64,000 nt of DNA from an uncultured Candidatus Saccharibacteria bacterium (GTDB lineage: Bacteria > Patescibacteriota > Minisyncoccia > Phycocordibacterales > CAIZLB01). The stretch spans positions 294,709-358,708 of the forward strand of contig CAYQJB010000001.1 of NCBI GenBank assembly GCA_964417855.1, given 5' to 3'. Of this stretch, positions 10,753 to 22,026 are shown in pieces. The number at the start of each line of letters is the position of its first letter. The first letter of the stretch is position 1. The position numbers and the translations under genes were made by a program. The notes under the pieces are model-generated. The model was not told the origin of the DNA and ran no database searches. It saw only the letters and a program-made list of their open reading frames with translations.

Positions 10753-11081
10753 AGCGAAATTCCTTGTCAGGTAAGTTCTGACGCGCACGAATGGTGTAAT
10801 GACTGGGGAACTGTCTCGAAGACCCGCCCGGTGAAAATGCAATGGAGGTGAAGATGCCTCCTACCTGCAGCTAGACGAAAAGACCCCAGAAGCTTCACTG
10901 CAACTTGATATTGATTGTATGTTTTTACTGCGTAGAATAGATGGGAGAGGTTGAGATCCTGATTTCGGTTAGGGTGGACTCGTCAGTGAAATACCATTCT
11001 TTAAAAATATACATTCTAACCTCGACGGAAAAAACGTCGAGAGACAGTATCTGGTGGGCAGTTTTAGTGGGGCGCTATCCT

Positions 11082-11445
11082 CGAGGGTTTAAATTAATTT
11101 TTGAATCCTCGAACTATGGCGCCTCCAGAGATTTGTCATCTCGAAACAAATAAAAAAGGGGGACTGTAATAAGTAATTATTATTAGAAAAGTTAGTTATA
11201 TGCTGGAAAATCTGTGTCTTCAATGACTTAGAATGCAAGCTACCTATTAATTTAGGTAACAATGTTTGCATGCAGACTATCAGCAGGAAAGATTTCTATC
11301 ACAAAAAGTAAAATTGATGTAATAGAGAAATCCTCAGAGACTATACGCTAACCGTCCAGTAAAATGGATGATGATATAGTCCGATCTTTATAGCGATATA
11401 AAGCTTACTGAAAAGTAAGGCTTAGTAAAATAAGTAACATAAATG
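11082..11445 (+). other. second group I-like intron (ORF-less) in 23S just 3' of the P-loop (GGGGCGCTATCCT|...|CCTAAAAAGTAACGGAGG)
   Basis: 5' exon ends in U and insert ends in G (omega-G-like); R-like TCAGAGACTATACG and S-like GATATAGTCCG elements; 3' half homologous to first intron (shared GATCTTTATAGCGATATAAAG and ...AACATAAAT end). Confidence 0.6.
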
Positions 11446-11831
11446 CCTAAAAAGTAACGGAGGAGTCTATTAAGGTCAGCTAGGCGCGAATGGAAACCGT
11501 GCCGATAGTGCAATGGCATAAGCTGGCTTGACTGTGAGGCGTAAGTGCCAAACAGACGCGAAAGCGGAGCATAGTGAACCGAGGGTCCGCATTAGATGCG
11601 GCCAAAGATTATCTGACAAAAGCTACTCTGGGGATAACAGGCTGGTTGTGCCTAAGCGTCCATAGCGACGGCACAGTTCGGCACCTCGATGTCGGCTCGA
11701 CTTATCCTGGGGGTGAAGAAGCTCCCAAGGGTATGGCTGTTCGCCATTTAAAAAGTCACGCGAGCTGGGTTCAGACCGTCGTAAGACAGGTTGGTCTCCT
11801 ATCTGCTGCAGGCGTTGATACTTGAGAGGAA

Positions 11832-11862
<31 letters not shown>

Positions 11863-12178
11863 TGATCTCTGGTGTACCAGTTGTCTTGCCAAAGGCATCG
11901 CTGGGTAGCTATATCGGGAATGGATAAGCTCTGAAAGCATCTAAGAGCGAAGCCAACCTCAAGATAAGGTATCGTTTGAGATCCGTGAGAGATTATCACG
12001 TTGATAGGCACTAAGTATAAGCATAGTAATATGTTCAGCTGAGGTGTACTAATAAATCGATTCTTATTAGGAAATATGAAGATTCACGATCACTTTTGTT
12101 TGTGACCTAAATTACAAAATAATAATTCTGCAAGTTTTATTATAGAACCATGAAAAGACCTTTAAATTGACCGTTTCG

Positions 12179-12290
12179 TTCTGGTGACTCGTCGGAGGGG
12201 CCACACCTGATCTCATTCCGAACTCAGAAGTTAAGACCTCCAGAGGCGATGATACTCACTTGTTGGGGAAAGTAGCTCGTCGCCAGAACA
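12179..12290 (+). rRNA. rrf: 5S ribosomal RNA
   Basis: TTCTGGTGAC...CCACACCTGATCTCATTCCGAACTCAGAAGTTAAG...GTCGCCAGAACA with pairing termini. Confidence 0.85.
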
Positions 12291-12400
12291 TAGCGGTTAA
12301 TTTAAATATTAAAAGAACTAGCCCATGAAATGAAAATTTTGTGGGTGTTTTTTTGTATTAATTTTGTATTTCTTCTGTATTGCTTTGTTGCTCATCTCAA

Positions 12401-12500
12401 AAAGATAAACACAAGCTATTTAGAGACTAGTGAGTTGCAACGAACTGAGAGGATTTTCAGCAGAAAATCATCGTACTCTAAATAGCTTGTGTTTATCTTT
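12401..12500. repeat. perfect 25-bp inverted repeat (arms 12401-12425 / 12476-12500) with nested 7-bp hairpin in the 50-nt spacer
   Basis: AAAGATAAACACAAGCTATTTAGAG ... CTCTAAATAGCTTGTGTTTATCTTT; inner GATTTTCagcaGAAAATC. Confidence 0.8.
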
Positions 12501-12526
12501 GTTACTAACTCTGCTAGAATGTATTT

Positions 12527-13282
12527 ATGAACTGGTCTATTCAAAAACAACTTATTTACGGTATTACATTTGTAATGATTTTATCAGCACTAATTGGCTT
12601 ACCATTGTATTTTAACTTCTTTAATAAGTCACCAACTTGTTTTGATAATAAGCGGAATCAGGATGAGACTGGAGTTGACTGTGGAGGTATTTGTACAAAG
12701 GCCTGCACAGCAGATGTAATTGGAACACCGTTGCTTTTGTGGTCTAGAGCTTTTACAATTGCTAATGGAAAAAATAATTTAGTTGCGTATCTTCAAAATC
12801 CAAATCTAAATTACATTTCAGAGCCTTTTTCTTATGTATTTAATGTTTTTGATGATAACAATATTTTACTTGGAACAAGGGAGGGTGTTGTAAGTGCTAC
12901 GAATGAGAAAAATTTTGTTGTCTTTGAACAAGCTTTTGATGCTGGGCAAAGAAAAATTGGTAAGGTTATTTTTGAGATAACATCTCCTGTTACATGGATC
13001 AGAAAACCATCAGAAAAGGCAAAGGTCACAGTATCATCGGATCAAATAATTTCTGTAGCTGGTATACCAACATTGACTTCAACGATTACTAATACAACAG
13101 TAAAAACGTACACTAATTTTTATGTTGTCGCAATTGTATATGATGTAGATGGAAATGCTAAGGTGGTATCAAGAACATTAGTCGATGAATTGAGAGGAAA
13201 CGGAAAGGCTGATGTTGTGTTTACGTGGCCATATCTAACAGATTTAAAGTATTCTAAAATAGAACTGTTGCCAAAGATCTAG
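12527..13282 (+). CDS. hypothetical membrane-anchored protein (N-terminal TM, Cys-rich extracellular region)
   Basis: 251-aa ORF, N-terminal hydrophobic helix, CGGICTKAC motif; first gene of the RodA-SecDF cluster. Confidence 0.55.
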   Translation: MNWSIQKQLIYGITFVMILSALIGLPLYFNFFNKSPTCFDNKRNQDETGVDCGGICTKACTADVIGTPLLLWSRAFTIANGKNNLVAYLQNPNLNYISEPFSYVFNVFDDNNILLGTREGVVSATNEKNFVVFEQAFDAGQRKIGKVIFEITSPVTWIRKPSEKAKVTVSSDQIISVAGIPTLTSTITNTTVKTYTNFYVVAIVYDVDGNAKVVSRTLVDELRGNGKADVVFTWPYLTDLKYSKIELLPKI

Positions 13283-13330
13283 TTTTCAAACTTATAGAAA
13301 TTAAATATTCTACAAATAACCTTTATTAAA

Positions 13331-14473
13331 ATGATTGTGATAGATGAAATATTATCCTCAAAGAAAAAATGGCGCCCAGATCTCTATATTTTAGGCGCTG
13401 TATTGCCAATATTAGGAGCGGGGCTTATAACAATGAAATCTTTTGTTGGCAGCAGTGATTATTTTGGTAGACAATTAGTTTGGATAATTGTTGCGTTAAT
13501 GGCTTTTTTTGTATCAAGTAAAATAGATTTTAGAGTATTAAAGCGAACTTCAGTAATTGTTGTTTTATACGGCTTGTCTACATTAATGCTTGTTGCGCTG
13601 TTTGTTTTTGGATCTATTTCAAACGGAGCAAAAAGTTGGATAAATGTTGGGCTTTTTTCTATTCAACCATCTGATCCCGCAAAATTAATTCTAATATTGC
13701 TACTAGCTAAGTATTTTTCTAGACGTCATATGGAAATTGCAAATATACGCCATATAATTGTTTCTGGGGCCTATACTTTTATTGTTTTCATTTTGGTGGC
13801 ACTGCATCCAGACTTAGGTTCTGCTATTACAATTTTTGCAATTTGGTTTGGAATGGTTCTATTTTCTGGTATTTCAAAGAAACACCTCGCTATAGTTTTT
13901 TTAAGTGGTTCATTGGTATTTTTTGGGGCTTGGAATCTGGTTTTCAAGGAGTATCAAAAAAATAGAATCATTAACTTCATCACTCCCTCGGCTGATGTTA
14001 GGGGTAGTGGATATAATGCAAGACAAGCGATGATAACCGTTGGTTCTGGTGAATTATTTGGGCGTGGAATTGGCTATGGTACTCAATCAAGACTACAGTT
14101 CCTTCCTGAATATCAAACAGACTTTGTTTTTGCAGCTTTTGCAGAAGAATGGGGTTTTGTAGGTGTAATAATTCTAATGAGTTTATTTGCATTAATTATT
14201 GCCAGAATTTTATATATAGCTTCAAAAGGGGAGACAAACTTTGAGATATTATTTGGGGTTGGGCTCGCTATATTCTTTATGTCGCACTTAATAATTAATA
14301 TAGGAATGAACATTGGCCTCATGCCGGTAACTGGTATTCCAGTTCCATTTATGAGTTATGGTGGGTCTCACTTGGTTACAGAATTTGTTGGTTTAGGTCT
14401 TTTGATGTCCATGAGGAAGTATTCTAGGCCTATACATAAGGACAGAACCAATAATGAGTTTCTGGGATACTAG
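13331..14473 (+). CDS. SEDS-family peptidoglycan glycosyltransferase (FtsW/RodA)
   Basis: 380 aa polytopic; GSGYNARQAMITVGSGELFGRGIGYGTQ...LPEYQTDFVFAAFAEEWGF typical of FtsW/RodA. Confidence 0.9.
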   Translation: MIVIDEILSSKKKWRPDLYILGAVLPILGAGLITMKSFVGSSDYFGRQLVWIIVALMAFFVSSKIDFRVLKRTSVIVVLYGLSTLMLVALFVFGSISNGAKSWINVGLFSIQPSDPAKLILILLLAKYFSRRHMEIANIRHIIVSGAYTFIVFILVALHPDLGSAITIFAIWFGMVLFSGISKKHLAIVFLSGSLVFFGAWNLVFKEYQKNRIINFITPSADVRGSGYNARQAMITVGSGELFGRGIGYGTQSRLQFLPEYQTDFVFAAFAEEWGFVGVIILMSLFALIIARILYIASKGETNFEILFGVGLAIFFMSHLIINIGMNIGLMPVTGIPVPFMSYGGSHLVTEFVGLGLLMSMRKYSRPIHKDRTNNEFLGY

Positions 14474-14572
14474 GCTTTCTGCTTTTTTTGTGTTCCATAT
14501 CAATCTGTTCTTTACAGAGCTTTTGTTTTTATAATATATTTTATAACACTTCTATTGGCATAATGTACACCC

Positions 14573-14600
14573 TTGTCACAATTCTTTAAGTGAGTATAAT
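14573..14600 (+). promoter_or_regulatory. sigma70-type promoter TTGTCA-16-TATAAT for secDF, 12 nt upstream of ATG (short leader)
   Basis: hexamers read directly; no SD before ATG at 14613. Confidence 0.45.
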
Positions 14601-14612
14601 TGGCGTTATCAT

Positions 14613-16112
14613 ATGAAAAAAGTCAGAATTAGCGCAATCTTACTGCTTATCTTCGGATTCGCAGTACTAGGATTTGATTATTATTCACAAGTTCCGGGCC
14701 AAGGATTTATTTCTAATTTTCCTTTTAAACTTGGCTTAGATCTTAGCGGTGGATCACACTTGGTTTATCAAGCAGACCTTCAAAAATCTGGCTCCGTTGG
14801 GGGTGTTAAGGATGTTGATGGAGCAATGGAAAGTCTAAGGGGGGTTATTGAATCAAGAATTAACGCCTTTGGAGTTTCAGAGCCTATCATTCAAACAGAA
14901 AAATCTACAATTAACGGGCAAGAAGTTCGTAAATTAGTTGTAGAGCTTCCTGGTGTAACAGACCTGAAGAGTGCTATTGATACAATAGGAAAGACTCCAG
15001 TTCTTGAATTTAAGATTCAAAAAGAGGGGGTGGGAGAAGCTGATCTTACAAAAGCTACAGAGCTACAAAAAGCCCTTAACGAGCTATCTACATCATCTAG
15101 CGCTTCAGCTGTAGCTTCAGCAAATGCTGTTGATGCAACAAGCTCATTAATTTCACTATTAACATCAACAAGTACAAATAACCAAACAGCTAAAGCAACA
15201 TCAACTGTTGCTGCTACAGTAGACTATTCAAAGCTATATGATGACGTTGGACTAACAGGTCAATACCTTAAATCAGCGCAAGTACAATTTGATACAAACA
15301 CAAGACAACCTCTTGTTGCAATTTCTTTTGATGAAACAGGAAAGGCAAAGTTTGCAGAGGTTACTGGAAAAAACATCGGAAAGATTTTAGCTATTTTCCT
15401 AGACGGAAAGCCAATTTCTACTCCAGTAATTAGAGATCAAATCAAGGATGGAAGCGCTGTGATTTCAGGAAACTTTACTCCAGAGGAGGCAAAGTCACTT
15501 GCTAGAGACCTAAGATATGGTGCTCTACCTGTTCCTATAACACTTATTGGAACTCAATCAATTGGTGCTTCTCTTGGTGAAAACGCACTTAAGGCTAGTG
15601 TTGATGCAGGACTTTGGGGATTCCTTATTATCGCAATATTCCTATTGCTATGGTATAGACTTCCTGGTCTTGTAGCTATTGTTTCATTATCAATGTATAC
15701 AATATTCATGCTAGCAATATTTAAGATGATTCCGGTTGTTCTAACTTCAGCTGGACTTGCTGCCTTTATTCTATCTATTGGTATGGCGGTTGATGGAAAT
15801 ATTCTAATCTTTGAAAGAATGAGAGAAGAACTTGCAAAAGGCCACTCTCTTGAAGATGGTATAAGAGAAGGTTTTGCGCGCGCATGGCTTTCAATTAGAG
15901 ATTCAAACTTATCAAGTATTATTACTGCTGTTATTCTTTATTTCTTTGCAACATCTGCATTAATTAAAGGTTTTGCATTAGTATTCTTAATTGGTGTGTT
16001 GGTTTCAATGTTTACAGCTATTACAATTTCAAGAACTTTCCTTCTTGCACTTGGTGTTAAGAAACACAAGGGAATTGTAAAGTTTTTATTCAGTAATGGC
16101 CTAAGACGCTAA
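14613..16112 (+). CDS. secD: protein translocase subunit SecD (with Ser/Thr/Ala-rich low-complexity insertion)
   Basis: LDLSGGSHLVYQAD, C-terminal RND-like TM bundle; insertion SSSASAVASANAVDATSS... Confidence 0.95.
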   Translation: MKKVRISAILLLIFGFAVLGFDYYSQVPGQGFISNFPFKLGLDLSGGSHLVYQADLQKSGSVGGVKDVDGAMESLRGVIESRINAFGVSEPIIQTEKSTINGQEVRKLVVELPGVTDLKSAIDTIGKTPVLEFKIQKEGVGEADLTKATELQKALNELSTSSSASAVASANAVDATSSLISLLTSTSTNNQTAKATSTVAATVDYSKLYDDVGLTGQYLKSAQVQFDTNTRQPLVAISFDETGKAKFAEVTGKNIGKILAIFLDGKPISTPVIRDQIKDGSAVISGNFTPEEAKSLARDLRYGALPVPITLIGTQSIGASLGENALKASVDAGLWGFLIIAIFLLLWYRLPGLVAIVSLSMYTIFMLAIFKMIPVVLTSAGLAAFILSIGMAVDGNILIFERMREELAKGHSLEDGIREGFARAWLSIRDSNLSSIITAVILYFFATSALIKGFALVFLIGVLVSMFTAITISRTFLLALGVKKHKGIVKFLFSNGLRR

Positions 16113-16135
16113 TTTAAAAGACTAAAAATAATATT

Positions 16136-17116
16136 ATGTTTGTAGTTAAATACAGAAAAATTTTTTACACGTTATCAATACTCCTAGTATTATTCTCTAT
16201 ATTTTCAATTTCAAAATATGGACTAAATTACGGAATTGATTTCAAAGGTGGTTCAATTATTGAAGTTGAATACAAGGGCGCAAAACCATCTCATGATGAG
16301 ATTACATCAATTGTTAAAAATGCTGGTGTCACAAGTGAAATAGTTGTAAGACCAACGGGGGATATGGGTTATATTATTAGAACTGCCGATTTAGCATCTA
16401 GTACAATTGATTCAGTTACAGCGAGTCTAAAGACTGGAGTTGCTGGAACATCAACAGCCACAACTTCTGCTGTTGCCGCTTTTTCAGATTCAAATAACTC
16501 TGGTGTAGCAACATCAACAGCCATTAAAGGAGAAATAAAAAGAATGGATACAGTAGGACCGATTCTTGGTCAAGAGCTTCAATCAAAGGCTTGGACTTCA
16601 ATTCTTTTTGTTATACTTGCGATTGTTTTGTTCATCACATTTGCATTTAGACATGTTTCAAAGCCTGTCTCATCATGGAAATATGGGCTGTCAGCCGTTA
16701 TTGCACTTGCTCATGACGTATTGGTTCCAACTGGAATCTACGTGTTCCTAGGAAGGAATGGAGGCTTTGAAATCGACGCACTCTTTGTCACTGCTATTCT
16801 TGTTATACTTGGATTCTCAGTTCACGATACAATTGTTGTGTTTGATAGAACAAGAGAGAACCTAAAGCTAGATGATCATCATAAGGATGCATTTGATAAA
16901 ACTGTTGGAAAGAGTATTAGTCAAACATTCACTAGATCTATAAACACTTCATTGGTTACAGTGCTAGCGTTGGTTGCTCTATATATCTTTGGGGCTGAGG
17001 CAACTAGAAACTTCTCATTGATATTGATTATTGGTATTGTTTTGGGAACATACTCATCAGTATTTCTAGGATCTCCACTTTTGGTTACTTTTTGGAAGGG
17101 ACAAAAGAATAACTAG
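16136..17116 (+). CDS. secF: protein translocase subunit SecF
   Basis: GIDFKGGSIIEVEY and C-terminal TM region typical of SecF. Confidence 0.95.
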   Translation: MFVVKYRKIFYTLSILLVLFSIFSISKYGLNYGIDFKGGSIIEVEYKGAKPSHDEITSIVKNAGVTSEIVVRPTGDMGYIIRTADLASSTIDSVTASLKTGVAGTSTATTSAVAAFSDSNNSGVATSTAIKGEIKRMDTVGPILGQELQSKAWTSILFVILAIVLFITFAFRHVSKPVSSWKYGLSAVIALAHDVLVPTGIYVFLGRNGGFEIDALFVTAILVILGFSVHDTIVVFDRTRENLKLDDHHKDAFDKTVGKSISQTFTRSINTSLVTVLALVALYIFGAEATRNFSLILIIGIVLGTYSSVFLGSPLLVTFWKGQKNN

Positions 17117-17257
17117 TCTATTGAGCATGGGGCATTAGATTGCGGTCAGGTAATAGATTAGAAGACAAACTGAGGTCAGACAATAGAAGATATGGTATAA
17201 TCGTAAACATCAAACAATTAGTTTGGTGTTTATTGTTTTAATTTAACTAAAGTACCG

Positions 17258-17980
17258 ATGAATAAAATATCAGTTAAGATCTCATGGAAATCCGGTTTAG
17301 AGACATTCAAGAAAAATTGGCAAATTCTAATATATGCAGTAGCTGTACCGTTCCTTGTTGGTGTGGTTATGGACGAAGCTTTTAAAATTAATGATATGAA
17401 GAAGTTGGTAACTGAGTCTTTATATCCCTTGTTTGGGACTAAGGCTTTATACCCCTTAATGCTGCTTATTTTATACTATGTAGTCAAGTTTTTGATGCAG
17501 GTATTATTTAATGCAGGTCAAACAAAGATAAAACTAGATTCTATTGAAGGCAGTGAGACAAAATTTTCTGACCTATTCAATTCCCAGGGTGTATATTTGA
17601 GACTTATAGCTGTCACCGTGATTTATTCGCTTGCAGTCCTAGGGGGTATGATATTATTGATTATTCCGGGAATATACATAGCTATAAGATATTGTTTTGC
17701 TTCCACATTGATTGTAGACAAGAAGATGGGGATAGGGGAGGCTTTTGCTAAATCAAGAGCGATGACTGAGGGGAAAATGGTGGAATTATTTCTGTTTTTC
17801 ATATTGTCTGGCCTCCTAGTTCTATCTGGTCTAATTGCCTTGGGAGTCGGAATTGTTGTAACCTTTATAATCTTTGAGCTAGCATTCCTTCATTTATATA
17901 AATCTCTACTTAATCAATCTGAAGAGCAAGTGAGTGGTGGTCAAATGGAAATCGAGGAAATTTCAACTTTAGAGCAGTAA
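17258..17980 (+). CDS. hypothetical polytopic membrane protein
   Basis: 240 aa, 5-6 predicted TM helices, no recognisable catalytic motif. Confidence 0.55.
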   Translation: MNKISVKISWKSGLETFKKNWQILIYAVAVPFLVGVVMDEAFKINDMKKLVTESLYPLFGTKALYPLMLLILYYVVKFLMQVLFNAGQTKIKLDSIEGSETKFSDLFNSQGVYLRLIAVTVIYSLAVLGGMILLIIPGIYIAIRYCFASTLIVDKKMGIGEAFAKSRAMTEGKMVELFLFFILSGLLVLSGLIALGVGIVVTFIIFELAFLHLYKSLLNQSEEQVSGGQMEIEEISTLEQ

Positions 17981-18151
17981 TTATCTCGTAAAATTAGGTA
18001 AAATTATAAGAATTAGAAAATTGGTAGATTTTAAATTGAAAAAAGTGGAAAAAATTAGGTCATTCCATCTTTAAAATATCGTTATTTGTAGGGCTATAAG
18101 TGATATTTTAGGCTTAAAAAAAGGTTCTACATAAAGTCCATCCAAAAAGAC

Positions 18152-18179
18152 TTGACGGCAAGCGTTTTATGGCTATAAT
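18152..18179 (+). promoter_or_regulatory. sigma70-type promoter TTGACG-16-TATAAT for 16S rRNA
   Basis: TTGACG 18152-18157, TATAAT 18174-18179, followed by TACGACC as at the 23S promoter; AT-rich upstream (UP-like). Confidence 0.5.
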
Positions 18180-18367
18180 TACGACCACGCCACTGATGAT
18201 TTTCACAAATCATTTGATTAAATCGCAGGGGGCCGTCCTAGGAATCTCCCAGGAATATTGAGTTAGGTAAAACTAATAAAATATTTCAGGCATTTCTAAA
18301 GACATCTTTGACAACTAAATGACAACCAACAAACGTCCTTTTTTTTGTTCTGTTTGAGTTTAATTTT

Positions 18368-19840
<1,473 letters not shown>

Positions 19841-20056
19841 TGAAAAATGCGTACATGAATTTCATGTATTAGCTGAATACGGTTGATCGAACTTAATTTA
19901 TTAAGCTCAATGAGATTATGCCTCGAGAATGCATAAGGAAGGTATAACCTAAATATACTGCCTCCTGGGAACAAGGCCAGGCCAAACAGAACAATAATAA
20001 GGACGGTTGAGGTTGTCATTTAGTCGCCAAAGTACATATTTTATATGATAAAAGTA

Positions 20057-20078
20057 CTCCGCAAGCGGGGTTTTTTTA
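20057..20078 (+). terminator. small GC hairpin + T7 tract in the 16S-tRNA-Ile spacer (terminator-like or processing element)
   Basis: CTCCGCAAGCGGGG followed by TTTTTTT. Confidence 0.3.
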
Positions 20079-20189
20079 TTGCTTTGTTTTTCTTAAAATA
20101 GTCTTTAAAATAGACTTGTTTTTAATGGGATAATTTGATACATTATAAACCACAAACAGCAAAGGTTTGACAAGTCTGTTTGTAAGAAT

Positions 20190-20263
20190 GCGTGTGTAGC
20201 TCAGCTGGTTAGAGCACTTCACTGATAATGAAGAGGCCGCAGGTTCGAGTCCTGCCACACGCA
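20190..20263 (+). tRNA. tRNA-Ile (anticodon GAT), CCA not encoded
   Basis: acceptor GCGTGTG/CACACGC, D-arm AGCTCAGCTGGTTAGAGC, anticodon loop CTGATAA, T-arm GGTTCGAGTCC. Confidence 0.9.
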
Positions 20264-20302
20264 CAAAGTAAGTCTCAAGTTTGAATCTATAAGTTATAAA
20301 AT

Positions 20303-20327
20303 CTGCAGGGTAACCTGTGGATTTTTT
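20303..20327 (+). terminator. putative intrinsic terminator after tRNA-Ile
   Basis: CTGCAGG-gtaa-CCTGTGG (7 bp incl. 2 G-U) + TTTTTT. Confidence 0.4.
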
Positions 20328-20359
20328 AATTGATTTTTGCAATATACCATATATGATAT

Positions 20360-21925
20360 ATGTATATGAAAAGCAAAACAGAGTTAAAAGTCAAAGTATC
20401 TACTAATCCTAAGGTAACAGAAAGTAATAAAAATTTGGGATTCTTTATTAAACAACTTCGAGAGGATAGAAATCTAACTCAAACAGATTTTGCTAAGCTT
20501 TTGAAAACATCACAAAGTGCGGTAGCTAGGATTGAGAATGGGGGACAGAACATGACAACAGAAGAATTGAATAGAATAAGTATTGCTCTTGGAAGAAAAA
20601 TTATGACTATTTCAGATTCTATTGATGTAGAAATTAATGGGGGAAGAAAACTTTCTGGAACTATCGCAACGAATACATCTAAAAATGGGGCGCTTGGTCT
20701 TATTTGTGCATCACTTTTAAATAAAGGAAAAACTCGTCTGCATGGAATACCTCGTATTGAAGAGGTTCAAAGAATTATAGAATTAATGGAAAGTATTGGT
20801 ATTTCAATAAAATGGATTGAAAAAAATACTTTGGAAATTATTGTTCCAAAAAAGTTAAAAACGGAGAATATGGATAAGGTCGCAGCAGGAAGAATTAGAT
20901 CCGGCTTGATGATGATTGGCCCAATGATCCATCTAGAAAGTATATTTAAAATACCTCACTCAGGAGGTTGTAAAATGGGTCAAAGGACAATCTCTGCTCA
21001 TAGATATGGTCTAGAAGATTTGGGTGTAAAAATTGATACAAAAGAGGATCATTATCTAATTCAATCAAAAAAACTAGCGCCCGCTCATATTATAATGTCA
21101 GAGTCTTCCGATACTGCGGCCGAGAATTTATTAATGGCGGCAGCCCTAATAAAAGGGAAGACTACAATTCAGTTTGCACCACCAAACTATCAGGTTCAGG
21201 AAGTATGTTTCTTTCTGGAAACCTTGGGTGTGAAAATTGAGGGCGTTGGTTCAACCACGTTAATCGTTCATGGAATTGATGAAATTAATATGGATGTTGA
21301 TTATTATAATAGTGAAGATCCAACAGAATCTATGATGTTCATTACAGCAGGTATTGTAACTGGATCTACTCTGACTATAACGAGATGTCCAATTGATTTT
21401 CTAGCCCTGGAAATGTTTAAGTTAAAAAAGATGGGATTGAAGTATAAGCAGACATCTGTTTATTATGCTGTGAATGGTAGAACAAAATTAGTTGATATTA
21501 CTATTTACCCATCAAAACTAGTTGCTCCACTTGATAAAATTTCAGCCCAACCATATCCTGGAATTAATACTGATAACCTGCCATTCTTTGTGCCAATTGC
21601 TGTGTTGGCTAAGGGGACAACTTTGATTCATGATTGGATGTGGGAGAATAGAGCAATTTATTTTACAGAGTTAAATAGGCTTGGGGCCAATATCAACCTG
21701 GCGGATCCTCACAGAGTTTTTATTCAAGGGCCCACAGAATTGAAGGCTGCACAAATTGTTTGCCCTTTAGCACTACGCCCTGCAATGATTATTATGGTTG
21801 CCATGCTTGGAGCAAAAGGAAAATCTATTCTTAGAAACATTTACCCAATAAGCAGGGGGTATGAGGATATTGCTGAACGATTGAATGGAATAGGGGCGGA
21901 CATTAAGGTGATAAAGGAGATATAG
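20360..21925 (+). CDS. murA: XRE-family helix-turn-helix domain fused to UDP-N-acetylglucosamine 1-carboxyvinyltransferase (MurA)
   Basis: residues ~25-80 are a Cro/C1-type HTH (LTQTDFAKLLKTSQSAVARIENG); remainder matches MurA incl. TSKNGALGLI N-terminus and active-site loop HSGGCKMGQRTISAH (catalytic Cys). Confidence 0.85.
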   Translation: MYMKSKTELKVKVSTNPKVTESNKNLGFFIKQLREDRNLTQTDFAKLLKTSQSAVARIENGGQNMTTEELNRISIALGRKIMTISDSIDVEINGGRKLSGTIATNTSKNGALGLICASLLNKGKTRLHGIPRIEEVQRIIELMESIGISIKWIEKNTLEIIVPKKLKTENMDKVAAGRIRSGLMMIGPMIHLESIFKIPHSGGCKMGQRTISAHRYGLEDLGVKIDTKEDHYLIQSKKLAPAHIIMSESSDTAAENLLMAAALIKGKTTIQFAPPNYQVQEVCFFLETLGVKIEGVGSTTLIVHGIDEINMDVDYYNSEDPTESMMFITAGIVTGSTLTITRCPIDFLALEMFKLKKMGLKYKQTSVYYAVNGRTKLVDITIYPSKLVAPLDKISAQPYPGINTDNLPFFVPIAVLAKGTTLIHDWMWENRAIYFTELNRLGANINLADPHRVFIQGPTELKAAQIVCPLALRPAMIIMVAMLGAKGKSILRNIYPISRGYEDIAERLNGIGADIKVIKEI

Positions 21926-21991
21926 TTTTTTAGATATATACAACTTAAGTAAGTGGTTTAGCGAGAGGTTTGATACAATTATTTTACATAC

Positions 21992-22020
21992 TTGCAAAAT
22001 ACATGCATTTTGCATATAAT
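21992..22020 (+). promoter_or_regulatory. consensus promoter TTGCAA-17-TATAAT with embedded palindromic operator TGCAAAAT-n6-ATTTTGCA upstream of dinJ-yafQ
   Basis: hexamers and 8-bp inverted repeat read directly. Confidence 0.55.
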
Positions 22021-22026
22021 ATATGT

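Noticed and set aside
12430-12615. 61-aa ORF starting inside the 25-bp inverted-repeat element
   Set aside because: Begins within the palindrome loop, overlaps the better-supported 12527 gene in another frame, and has low-complexity composition.
20100-20190. TTGACA 12 nt upstream of tRNA-Ile as a dedicated tRNA promoter
   Set aside because: No properly spaced -10 hexamer (TAAGAAT begins only 10 nt after the -35); tRNA is more likely co-transcribed with 16S or uses a non-obvious promoter.
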